The notes beneath the pieces were generated by a model. The model worked only from the letters and a program-made list of their open reading frames with translations, was not told the DNA's origin and ran no database searches. From IMG/VR virus record IMGVR_UViG_3300033475_000096, positions 1-36,989 of that record: DNA of 36,989 bases. One strand, 5' to 3'. This document shows positions 10,249-17,953 of the stretch, one piece after another (the first letter of the stretch is position 1; each line of letters begins with the position of its first letter). Origin of the DNA: a virus. Its lineage: Duplodnaviria > Caudoviricetes. The translations under genes were made by a program, and so were the position numbers.

Positions 10249-12309
10249 ATGAGTTTTTTAGACCTAAGACTTAATAATATTTCTTTAGACCTTCCGGGAG
10301 GAGGACTAAACATATCCGGCGAGATAAACAACTCTATTATTTCCGATCAGGAAGAAGGCGTCTTTTCTTTTCCCTTCGACCTTCCGGCTACTCCTACAAA
10401 TAATAAAATACTTGGTTATCCACAATCCCTATTAAATAAAAATAACCTGTATAAAAAATATACAGGCCTTACTATTTTTATCGCTGGTAGTTTATGGAAG
10501 ACCGGAATACTTATTTTAAGAGGATATAAGGACGGCAAATTTACTTGTAACTTCCAGGCCGATATTTCTTTCTTCGCCTTTCAGACGCAAAGCAAAAAGC
10601 TTACAGAATATTCTTTAGGAGGCATAAGAGAAGTTACTAAGGCCCCTTATTTAAAAATGACTATTGATTTTGCAACCCCTCCTGATCATACAGCAAGTAT
10701 TTACGTCCCGGATTCTCCCAATGGAGTTGTGGGCGAAATTCTTAGCTATACCGTTTCAAATACCGTTGATGAAGCTACAACTATTATAGCCCTAAGGGAT
10801 ATGTTTTTGTCAACGCCAGACCTGGCCGATTATGGAATTCTGGATGTTGTTGCCGACGGGTCAGACATTTATTTTTATTCAAATACGCAGACAAAGCCTT
10901 TTGCTTTTTACCTTGGAAACGGAGTTGATCCTGTTACAGAAAATTTTATTTTAGGACCTAACGCAGATTATGACCTGGATCCAGACAATACCGGGTTTAT
11001 TTCAACACACATAAACGATCTTAAAAACGAAAGCTATCCAGCGACAGACTATGTTTTCTTTCCTGTTAAAAACGATGCTTTCTATTCAGACAATGCAAAC
11101 TATTCCGGAATTATAAATGATTTTAACAGTATAACCGGAAAGTTTAGAATAAACGACGGAACAAACCCGCTGACATATTCTATTACGCCATTCCCTTATA
11201 TGCTTTCAATCCTCAAATATATAATACAGGAATCAAATCTTTTTATGTATGGGAGCTTTACGGAGGATGCGGAAATTCAAAAGCTTGTTATTTATAATAA
11301 TTTCGCTCTCGACGATGTTGTTTATTCTTACAATTATGGAACATCTTATAACAGATGGATGGGGAAAATAAATCTCCAAAACCACGTACCGGATATATTG
11401 GCCTCTGATTTTGTAAAAGCCGTTAAGTCTTATTTTAGACTAGGCTTATTTTTTGATAATAAAGGGGAAAAAATCGAGATTACTACGCTTAATAAAATTA
11501 TAACTTCACCAGATTATGACGACTGGACAGGCTTTGCTCAGACATCGATACAGATAGACACTAATAACTATGATGGATATACCTTTTCAATAAGCAAAGA
11601 CGACGACGATGCACAGTATAAAAAAATGGTTTTTGATTTTAATAAATCAAAAATAAAGACTTCCGTAAATAAAGTTTCAGATCTTCCTACAACTGGCAAT
11701 TCCAGCGACGATGTAAGGCTGGTTAAAACTTTAAATAAATACTACAAGGCCACACAAAGCGGCTTTGCATCTGACGGTACCGCCATTTTTACCTGGACAG
11801 AATACGCCGAAAACCTTCAGTCTTATACGGTGGACAATGGTACGCAGAAAATAGAGATAGGAGCAGGAACATCGGTAACTTATAAGGATAATACTATTAT
11901 TCCTTATGTTTCACAGGCAGGAACATCTAACTTTTTTAACCAAGGTAAAAATAATTTCTCTTTGCGCTTTCTGTTTTACAGAGGCATGGACCTCGATGGA
12001 ACATTAAAAAGCTATCCATTAGGCACGCCATATAATTATAATTATAACGGCGCAAAGATTGGCAACTATTCTTTAGCCCTCGACCAGGACGCAGGCATTT
12101 ACAACCAGTTTCAAAAAGAGTGGGCCACATTTTTGGCAAATGCCAACCCAGTAACGTTGATACTAAACTTTAACCTCAACACCTTCTTAAGCCTAGATTT
12201 GCAGAAGAAAAAGAGAATCAACGACGTTACCTATATCGTTTCAAAAGTCACATTCAATATTTCAGACCAGGGATTAAAAGCCGCTACCGTTGTGTTATTA
12301 AGAGTATAA
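10249..12309 (+). CDS. Baseplate hub / tail tip protein
   Basis: Directly after the tape measure gene. N-terminal FSFPFDLPATPTNNKILG motif and LQNHVPD segment. Confidence 0.7.
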   Translation: MSFLDLRLNNISLDLPGGGLNISGEINNSIISDQEEGVFSFPFDLPATPTNNKILGYPQSLLNKNNLYKKYTGLTIFIAGSLWKTGILILRGYKDGKFTCNFQADISFFAFQTQSKKLTEYSLGGIREVTKAPYLKMTIDFATPPDHTASIYVPDSPNGVVGEILSYTVSNTVDEATTIIALRDMFLSTPDLADYGILDVVADGSDIYFYSNTQTKPFAFYLGNGVDPVTENFILGPNADYDLDPDNTGFISTHINDLKNESYPATDYVFFPVKNDAFYSDNANYSGIINDFNSITGKFRINDGTNPLTYSITPFPYMLSILKYIIQESNLFMYGSFTEDAEIQKLVIYNNFALDDVVYSYNYGTSYNRWMGKINLQNHVPDILASDFVKAVKSYFRLGLFFDNKGEKIEITTLNKIITSPDYDDWTGFAQTSIQIDTNNYDGYTFSISKDDDDAQYKKMVFDFNKSKIKTSVNKVSDLPTTGNSSDDVRLVKTLNKYYKATQSGFASDGTAIFTWTEYAENLQSYTVDNGTQKIEIGAGTSVTYKDNTIIPYVSQAGTSNFFNQGKNNFSLRFLFYRGMDLDGTLKSYPLGTPYNYNYNGAKIGNYSLALDQDAGIYNQFQKEWATFLANANPVTLILNFNLNTFLSLDLQKKKRINDVTYIVSKVTFNISDQGLKAATVVLLRV

Positions 12310-12366
12310 TTATTATACTTGTGGCATAAATATTGTTTAATTAAAACCCATATAAATTTTATAGCT

Positions 12367-12882
12367 ATGAAAAAGTTATTTTTTATTGCTCTGTTTTTTG
12401 TCTCCTGTTTTTCCTTTGCTCAGGACAATGCCATTGACTACCCAATGAATCACGAGACAATGAAGGCAGACTTCACCGCGTCAGATTCTTTACCTTTTAA
12501 CAAAGCAGAGCTTTACAGTAAGGCAATAGAATGGATTTCTACTAATTTTAAAAACGCTTCCGACGTAATCGAATATCAGGATAAGGATGCGGGAAAGATC
12601 ATAGTAAAAGGGACTTACCAGGTTTATTCCATGGGTGCAAGTGCCGGATTTTTCCATTTTAAATTAACGTTTAAAATAAAAGACAATTATTATAAATGCC
12701 ATATTACAGACCTAAGGCACGAAGACGTTAAAAACCCTAGTATAGGAGCTTTTGAAAAAGACAAGCCGGGGTACCCTTGGACTAAAGGCCAATGGAATAA
12801 AATGAGACAACAGGCCATTGCAGATGCAAATTCGACACTGGGAAGCATTGGCAAAGCAATGCACGCAAGTGACGAAGATTAA
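12367..12882 (+). CDS. Secreted DUF4468-like protein (moron)
   Basis: Sec signal MKKLFFIALFFVSCFSFAQ. The segment KAELYSKAIEW...VIEYQDKDAGKIIVKG...KIKDNYYK matches the DUF4468 pattern. Confidence 0.7.
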   Translation: MKKLFFIALFFVSCFSFAQDNAIDYPMNHETMKADFTASDSLPFNKAELYSKAIEWISTNFKNASDVIEYQDKDAGKIIVKGTYQVYSMGASAGFFHFKLTFKIKDNYYKCHITDLRHEDVKNPSIGAFEKDKPGYPWTKGQWNKMRQQAIADANSTLGSIGKAMHASDED

Positions 12883-12884
12883 AA

Positions 12885-12916
12885 TTTGGTCATTAAAATA
12901 TTTTTTCGCATCTTTG
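12885..12916 (+). promoter_or_regulatory. Candidate Bacteroidota primary-sigma promoter for the leader RNA and ORF 13055
   Basis: TTTG (12885-12888)-N20-CATCTTTG (12909-12916), one mismatch to TTTG-N19-21-TAnnTTTG. Confidence 0.45.
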
Positions 12917-12919
12917 ATA

Positions 12920-13065
12920 TGCGAGATTCTGGACGAATAGTCCAATTAAAATTTATCATTTAAAATATGACCATGCGAGTGGAGGTGAAAGTCCTCTAGC
13001 CTTCTCGGTTCGTCCGGAGTCTCGCACCACGCATGGGCGTTTACTATTGTATATATGCGAGACTT
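12920..13065 (+). ncRNA. Structured leader RNA with alternative folds
   Basis: 18-bp helix 12920-12937/13009-13026 with two G-U pairs. Competing helices 12971-12977/13030-13036 and 13017-13026/13056-13065. GAGG-TGAAAGT-CCTC hairpin. Confidence 0.65.
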
Positions 13066-13348
13066 ACAAGAAGCAAACCCAACCTTGCCAGGCGAGAGGG
13101 TTTCATTACAAAACGAGGGCAAAGCCAACTTTGTACACGAAAACAAAGGAACGCTTACCCAAAACATTTACACCTATAGCGGCCTTCGCCGAAAGGAAGT
13201 AAAAAAGCTTATAGAAAAAGAAGTCCGTAACCTTCCTTCCTATGACCAACTTTACGAGATCATAGAAGAAATAATTGAAAAGAAATCACCCCAAATGATC
13301 TGGCAAGAAAAATTTATTCGCCGTCAAAAAATAGTAAAAGGAAAATAA
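13055..13348 (+). CDS. Small protein sharing the repressor C-terminal motif (candidate antirepressor/repressor mimic)
   Basis: NEGKANFVHENKGTLTQNI (aa 20-38) followed by a helical segment; has its own terminator. Confidence 0.7.
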   Translation: MRDLQEANPTLPGERVSLQNEGKANFVHENKGTLTQNIYTYSGLRRKEVKKLIEKEVRNLPSYDQLYEIIEEIIEKKSPQMIWQEKFIRRQKIVKGK

Positions 13349-13381
13349 ACAATAAAGCCCTGCAAAGGGCTTTATTGTTTA
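13346..13381. terminator. Bidirectional terminator between the convergent ORF 13055 and integrase
   Basis: Perfect 16-bp inverted repeat TAAACAATAAAGCCCT-gcaa-AGGGCTTTATTGTTTA. Confidence 0.85.
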
Positions 13382-14635
13382 GAACGTTGGAAAGCTAGAC
13401 AAATCTTCATCTTCGGCATAACATCCCAAATCAGAAAGATAAACGTCTGTTATCTTAATATCTTCGTGTCTCTTCTGCCTTTGTACAAGCTTTATATCTT
13501 TAGTAGCTTTATACAAAGCCGCACAGCCTGAGTGAGCAAAGCCGTACATATCATAGTTATCGTAAGTAAGCTTTAAGTGAGCTAGTATTTTTTTAAGCCT
13601 TACATAAAAGTACTTATCATTTACCGGGGCCTCGCCTGGCGAACCGTCAAGGCTAAATAAATAATAACCATGCGGAAAGTGGCGCAGTCTGTTTTCTTCA
13701 ATAACATCCTCCAAACCGGGAGCAATTTTTATATAGTCTCCATGGTCATTTTTAGCCAAATCGGGAGGTATGTAAATTGTTTTTTCTTTTATATGTTCAA
13801 CCTTCAGTAATCTAAGCTCTGTCCAGGGCCTAAAGAAGCCATAGTAAACGAAAGATATAAAAGTCAACAGTTGTTTTTCTCCCAGCTTTACACACGCCTC
13901 TTTTATCTTCTCAAGCTGCTCTGGGCTATACTTTGTATGCTTATTTGTCTTCGTTCTTTTGTTCTTTACCTTTACCGGGTTTTCAACAAAGACCTTAGGA
14001 TATCTTTCTATAAAAAAAGTAAAGACGTGTTTTAAATCATTTTTCCTATTATTGTGCGTTTTCTTTGCCAGCCCCTTTTTTATTGTGCCGTCCTTCTCTT
14101 TAAATTTTGCCTCGGTAAGCAGATAATCAGAGAATTCAAAAGCCAGTCCGCTTTCAAAGCCAATAAGTAATATATGTTCTTGGTTCCTTTCCTTCAGGAA
14201 AATAGTTAGATGAGCTTTGAGCGAATTCATAGCGCGGACCTGCGCCTTTACCTGCGTCTTCTCCTTTATCTTTTTAACATACTCTATTGCGTCAAGCAAC
14301 GTAAGCTTAGTAATCTCTAACTTTTTATTTCCCTTGTCCGCTTCTTCTTTTATTCGTTTCTGATATTCTTCAATAGTGCCATCTAATCCAGTTGCCCCGC
14401 TTTCAAGAAGATCATTTATAAACCTAATTGCTTCTTCTGCGGCCCTGTAACGCTTGCGTTTTGAATCAGTATCGTTAATACCCTCAGAAAACTTTTTACG
14501 CTGAAGCTTACCCTTATCAACATTGAAGATATAATAAATAATAAACCAGTAACGGGAAGTGTCGCCGCTATAGTCAACAAGGCGCGCAGGAACGAAAGGG
14601 AATTTTTTATCTTTTATTTCGGAAGGTTGCAACAT
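13379..14635 (-). CDS. int: Tyrosine integrase
   Basis: FFRPWTELRLLK (Arg I), AKN (Lys), YGFAHSG (box II variant) and RHEDIKITDVYL (His, Tyr). Likely start is the ATG at 14635; the frame stays open to 14899 across attP. Confidence 0.9.
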   Translation of the reverse strand: MLQPSEIKDKKFPFVPARLVDYSGDTSRYWFIIYYIFNVDKGKLQRKKFSEGINDTDSKRKRYRAAEEAIRFINDLLESGATGLDGTIEEYQKRIKEEADKGNKKLEITKLTLLDAIEYVKKIKEKTQVKAQVRAMNSLKAHLTIFLKERNQEHILLIGFESGLAFEFSDYLLTEAKFKEKDGTIKKGLAKKTHNNRKNDLKHVFTFFIERYPKVFVENPVKVKNKRTKTNKHTKYSPEQLEKIKEACVKLGEKQLLTFISFVYYGFFRPWTELRLLKVEHIKEKTIYIPPDLAKNDHGDYIKIAPGLEDVIEENRLRHFPHGYYLFSLDGSPGEAPVNDKYFYVRLKKILAHLKLTYDNYDMYGFAHSGCAALYKATKDIKLVQRQKRHEDIKITDVYLSDLGCYAEDEDLSSFPTF

Positions 14636-14667
14636 GGAATCAGAAGCGCGCTTTTTAAGTTTTAAGC

Positions 14668-14702
14668 TTACTGCCCAAAACACCGGGATTACTGCCCAAA
14701 AC
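14668..14702 (+). repeat. Integrase arm-type sites (direct repeat)
   Basis: TTACTGCCCAAAAC at 14668-14681 and 14689-14702 (21-bp period). Confidence 0.7.
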
Positions 14703-14717
14703 GCTTTTGTAAGAGAC

Positions 14718-14753
14718 AAAAACGGCCTAATTTGTTCAATTAAGCCGCTTTTT
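14718..14753 (-). terminator. Terminator downstream of the tRNA-like att core
   Basis: Minus strand CGGCTTAATT-gaaca-AATTAGGCCG followed by TTTTT. G-U pairs form only on the minus strand. Confidence 0.7.
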
Positions 14754-14756
14754 ATT

Positions 14757-14777
14757 GTAGAGGGAGAGGGATTCGAA
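14757..14777 (-). other. attP core resembling a tRNA 3' end (tRNA-Ser-like)
   Basis: Minus strand TTCGAATCCCTCTCCCTCTAC corresponds to a T-loop, T-stem 3' strand and acceptor 3' strand. It lies upstream of int and between arm-type repeats. Confidence 0.75.
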
Positions 14778-14803
14778 TTCCAGTAATGCCCTCTAAAAAG
14801 GTC

Positions 14804-14832
14804 AAAAACCTGCGAAATTTCGCAGGTTTTTT
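14804..14832 (-). terminator. Terminator of the repressor operon (bidirectional form)
   Basis: AAAAACCTGCGAAATTTCGCAGGTTTTT hairpin flanked by A and T runs. Confidence 0.8.
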
Positions 14833-14842
14833 GTTCAAAGGT

Positions 14843-14865
14843 TATTTTGGGCAGTGCCCAAAATA
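14843..14865. repeat. Integrase arm-type sites (inverted pair)
   Basis: TATTTTGGGCA-g-TGCCCAAAATA, with the same TGCCCAAAA core as at 14668 and 14689. Confidence 0.7.
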
Positions 14866-14883
14866 TTGAGGTAACAAAATCTG

Positions 14884-15066
14884 TTATTTCTTTTTCCATT
14901 GCTCGTTGATTTCCATCACATTAATTACCAGGTCTAACTTCTTTTCAATTTCCTTAAGCCGGGATAATAAAAGCTCGTCGTCTTTATCGACAATGTTTTG
15001 ATAAATGGTACCGTAATTTTCATTTACAAAATTTTGGTTTCCAGAGTTGATTACATTCGGGTTCAT
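14884..15066 (-). CDS. Small protein downstream of the repressor sharing its C-terminal motif
   Basis: NSGNQNFVNENYGTIYQNI (aa 7-25) plus a short coiled coil LLSRLKEIEKKLDLVI. Confidence 0.7.
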   Translation of the reverse strand: MNPNVINSGNQNFVNENYGTIYQNIVDKDDELLLSRLKEIEKKLDLVINVMEINEQWKKK

Positions 15067-15116
15067 TGATTAATACTAGCGTTAAGTAAAAAATACATTT
15101 TGAACCCGCCCTTACG

Positions 15117-15485
15117 TCATTTTTTGCCCATTAGTTCTATTACCAAGGCGCGACAGTCCGCAAGGTCTTTGTAAGCTTGATTAAGTAATTGCCTGCATTC
15201 AGAATCGGACGTAGCAATATTTTGTGTACTATTTTCCGCGCTTTTGCCTATATAATTCATATTGCCCTCATTTACCATACTTAACGCTTCTTCTTCTTCC
15301 TTAAAAAATAAAGAAACAGGCACATTAAGTGCCCTTGCAATTTTTTCAAGCTTATCAACACGAAGAGTTTGGTTTTTCATTGCATCAATAAGACCGCCCT
15401 GAGTCATATCTAAATGATCTTCAGCCAAAACCTTAAGTGACATTTTTTTAATCTTTAATAGGCTTTTTATAATGCTGTAATTCAA
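15117..15485 (-). CDS. CI-like XRE-family repressor without an S24 peptidase domain
   Basis: HTH segment (MSLKVLAE...MTQGGL...VDKLEKIARALNVPVSLFF), then an N-rich linker and a C-terminal helix; divergent from the Cro-like gene. Confidence 0.85.
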   Translation of the reverse strand: MNYSIIKSLLKIKKMSLKVLAEDHLDMTQGGLIDAMKNQTLRVDKLEKIARALNVPVSLFFKEEEEALSMVNEGNMNYIGKSAENSTQNIATSDSECRQLLNQAYKDLADCRALVIELMGKK

Positions 15486-15510
15486 TTTGTTATAAGTTTT
15501 TATTAATAAT

Positions 15511-15622
15511 TAGGATACTTTTTTATTAAGAAATTTTTTATTTATAAAGAAATAGGTTAATCTTGTATTAAGATATTTCTTAATACAATAAGAAATATCT
15601 TAATCGACTAAGAAATATAATA
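15511..15622. promoter_or_regulatory. Operator array of the lysis/lysogeny switch
   Basis: TAAGA-N4-TCTTA perfect at 15569 and 15589, degenerate at 15527, 15546 and 15609 (about 20-bp spacing). 11-bp-arm palindrome at 15563-15588. Confidence 0.75.
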
Positions 15623-15639
15623 ACGAATTAATAAAAATC

Positions 15640-15945
15640 ATGCCAAAAACCCATAAAAAATTAAGTAGGTACCGATTAAATGAATTATTGAATTCAATTC
15701 CGCAGGGAGAATATAAGACTAAAAGGGCCGAATTGCTTAAAAGGCTTGACATTACCGCCCCAACATTAGGAGACTATAGAAAAGGAGTTCGGGACATACC
15801 AGGCGAAAAGCTTAAAATCATTGCCGACTTCTTCCAGGTCGATATTGAAGACCTTTATAATACCTCAAATACAACTATTGAGGTATCACTGAAAGCCCGC
15901 ACGCGTGAACAGAAATTTTTAAAAAGGCAAAAAATCCGCAAGTAA
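15640..15945 (+). CDS. Cro-like XRE HTH regulator
   Basis: LDITAPTLGDYRKGVRDIPGEKLKIIADFFQVDIEDLY; first gene of the early operon. Confidence 0.85.
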   Translation: MPKTHKKLSRYRLNELLNSIPQGEYKTKRAELLKRLDITAPTLGDYRKGVRDIPGEKLKIIADFFQVDIEDLYNTSNTTIEVSLKARTREQKFLKRQKIRK

Positions 15946-15946
15946 T

Positions 15947-16222
15947 ATGTATACGATAATAGTAGAAAACGGCGGGTCGGCTTGCATGCCTTTTAAATCC
16001 TACAGAGAAGCGGAAATTATGTTTGTCGCTAACTGCGTAGGCCTATCAATTGCTGAAGACGAATTTTCAAACGTCTTCCTTAAAGATTCCAACGGCAATG
16101 TATTGAAGAAAAGGCTTAATGTCTTAATGAAGCCACAAATCAACTACGAAGCACTGATAAAAGCACAGTCAGAACAAAGAGCCTATGCTTACACTAAAAG
16201 AAATACGGAAGACCTTAATTAG
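15947..16222 (+). CDS. Hypothetical early protein
   Basis: Tightly packed ORF in the early operon. Confidence 0.7.
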   Translation: MYTIIVENGGSACMPFKSYREAEIMFVANCVGLSIAEDEFSNVFLKDSNGNVLKKRLNVLMKPQINYEALIKAQSEQRAYAYTKRNTEDLN

Positions 16223-16484
16223 GTTTTCCAACCATAGACACTGGTTGTTTCAGCATCACAAACAGTTTGCTACTCCCGCAAAGGAAGCAAGTGTAGCAAA
16301 GCTTAAAAAGTATCTTGAATTCTATAAAAGGTCTGATTTGCGCGGACATTGCCAGTTAATATTAAGCCTTGAAAGTGATTTGTTATTACTTCTTCCTTCA
16401 GATAAAAGTAAGTATTACAATACTTGGAAGTCACAAATAACAAAGCTTATAGAGTTTTCAAAAGAGTATATCAATAAACCTTAA
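16185..16484 (+). CDS. Hypothetical early protein
   Basis: ORF in the early operon, 38-nt overlap with the previous ORF. Confidence 0.65.
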   Translation: MLTLKEIRKTLIRFSNHRHWLFQHHKQFATPAKEASVAKLKKYLEFYKRSDLRGHCQLILSLESDLLLLLPSDKSKYYNTWKSQITKLIEFSKEYINKP

Positions 16485-16489
16485 AATAT

Positions 16490-16714
16490 ATGAAGTCTGC
16501 CAATCTCATAATTAAAATAAGCGAACAATTGAAAGATTCACAGCAAGATTTTACCATAGAAGAAACTGAGGACCTTATAATAATTAGAAAGCGTTGCTTT
16601 TATTCCCTTGAAATAAATGTAGTGCTGGCGATAATACACAGGACAGGCAAGTCTTTTTGGTTCTCTTCTCTTAATTCAGAAAATCAGGTTGAGCTTAACA
16701 TTTCAAAATCATGA
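16490..16714 (+). CDS. Hypothetical early protein
   Basis: Operon packing, ATGA overlap with the next ORF. Confidence 0.7.
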   Translation: MKSANLIIKISEQLKDSQQDFTIEETEDLIIIRKRCFYSLEINVVLAIIHRTGKSFWFSSLNSENQVELNISKS

Positions 16715-16911
16715 ATAAGACACAGCAACTTATACTTCTATGTGACCAGTTCCGAAAAGAAGTTACCGACCTTATGGGAGAAGGCCATTGTCGCAATGAT
16801 GTAAATGTATATATACACAATGTGCCTACTTCATTCTTCACCCTTAGCGACAAAGAGCGCGAAGAGATAGACAAAGGTGTAGTAATTTTTAATAACTCTT
16901 TAAATATATAA
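16711..16911 (+). CDS. Hypothetical early protein
   Basis: Operon packing. Confidence 0.7.
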   Translation: MNKTQQLILLCDQFRKEVTDLMGEGHCRNDVNVYIHNVPTSFFTLSDKEREEIDKGVVIFNNSLNI

Positions 16912-16912
16912 T

Positions 16913-17455
16913 ATGGGAAACCTTGACAAAGTAATATCCCTTGCAAGAAAGCTTAAGGCGTTAGCAGAACAAGGCATTGGAGGGGAAAAGGAAAACGCAG
17001 ACGCACAGTTAAAAAGACTTTTAAAGAAGTATAATTTAACCATAGAAGAGATTGAGGGTGAAAAGCTTATAAGGCGGGAGTTTTTTTATAATACAAAAGA
17101 GAAAGACCTATTTATTCATCAAATAATAGGCAGTGTTATAGGCAAGAAAGAAGCAATAAAAAGGGGCACTTATTCAAGATATGGCAAAAAACATATTCTT
17201 GTAGACCTTGCCAATACCGAATATATAGAAGTGGCCGAAAAGATAGAGTTCTTTTGGAAACACTATCAGGAAGAAAAGGAAATTTTTTATTCAGCCTTTA
17301 TTCAAAAGAACCAATTATTCAGCAAGCCGGAAGAGGAAGACGAAGACCTGGAAGAAAAAGAACTTTCCACAGAAGAGGAAGCAAAGCTTTTCAAAATGTT
17401 TAACATGATGGAAGGCATGGAACAAGCGTCATATTTCAAAAGGCTTAATTCTTAA
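16913..17455 (+). CDS. DUF2786-like domain protein
   Basis: N-terminal KLKALAEQGIGGEKENADAQLKRLLKKYNL pattern. Confidence 0.65.
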   Translation: MGNLDKVISLARKLKALAEQGIGGEKENADAQLKRLLKKYNLTIEEIEGEKLIRREFFYNTKEKDLFIHQIIGSVIGKKEAIKRGTYSRYGKKHILVDLANTEYIEVAEKIEFFWKHYQEEKEIFYSAFIQKNQLFSKPEEEDEDLEEKELSTEEEAKLFKMFNMMEGMEQASYFKRLNS

Positions 17456-17465
17456 ATCTAATATA

Positions 17466-17651
17466 ATGAAAAACCTTGTTACCTCACGCAATTATTCAAT
17501 ACATCAAAGCGAAGTATTGAGCAAAAAGAAAGTAGTAGTAATGATTAATGAAGACTTTAATGTTTTTGACTTGCTATCTGTCTTTAAGCATGTAAAGACA
17601 AAGAGATTTACTACAAAAGTTAAGTTTCACACAGTAGAAAAAATCAGTTAA
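17466..17651 (+). CDS. Hypothetical protein
   Basis: 61-aa ORF in the operon. Confidence 0.55.
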   Translation: MKNLVTSRNYSIHQSEVLSKKKVVVMINEDFNVFDLLSVFKHVKTKRFTTKVKFHTVEKIS

Positions 17652-17680
17652 ATAAATTTTAATTAAACCAATTCAAAAAA

Positions 17681-17953
17681 ATGAAAAATGTTCTAATTAC
17701 CACAGCACACAGAGGCGTATTTTTTGCACAAGTTGACGAGAAAAAAGACCTTACCCAAAGAACCCTTACAGATCTTAAGAACTGCCGCATGGCCATTTAT
17801 TGGGGCACAACAAAAGGAGTAATGCAACTTGCCAACGATGGCCCAAATAATAATACTAGAGTAGGCGCGCCAGCAGATGTTGATGTAATGCACGACGTGA
17901 CAGCCGTATTTAACGTAACAGACCAAGCCGCAGAAAAATGGTTGACCGTCTAA
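17681..17953 (+). CDS. DUF6948-like protein
   Basis: VLITTAHRGVFF...LKNCRMAIYW...LANDGP pattern; followed by a Gly-X repeat gene. Confidence 0.6.
   Translation: MKNVLITTAHRGVFFAQVDEKKDLTQRTLTDLKNCRMAIYWGTTKGVMQLANDGPNNNTRVGAPADVDVMHDVTAVFNVTDQAAEKWLTV

Noticed and set aside
1357-12139. Short antisense or alternate-frame ORFs inside structural genes (e.g. 1357, 1616, 2764, 3663, 6485, 7812, 8118, 9624)
   Set aside because: They are fully nested in long genes with no motifs and are most likely shadow ORFs. The same applies to those nested in 20074-35126.
12982-12996. Group II intron fragment (GGTGAAAGTCC hairpin)
   Set aside because: No GUGCG 5' end, domain V or intron-encoded RT was recognised.
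12946-13167. Minus-strand 73-aa ORF over the leader RNA (possible type I toxin)
   Set aside because: It is not hydrophobic, has no convincing start context, and overlaps the better-supported ORF 13055.
14757-14777. Full tRNA gene at attP
   Set aside because: Only the 3' portion is present; the T-stem 5' strand and the 5' half are absent.
14867-14878. TGAGGTAACAAA shared with 25063-25074 and partly with 17476-17486
   Set aside because: Matches of 11-12 nt are plausible by chance in 37 kb of AT-rich DNA, and the contexts are inconsistent.
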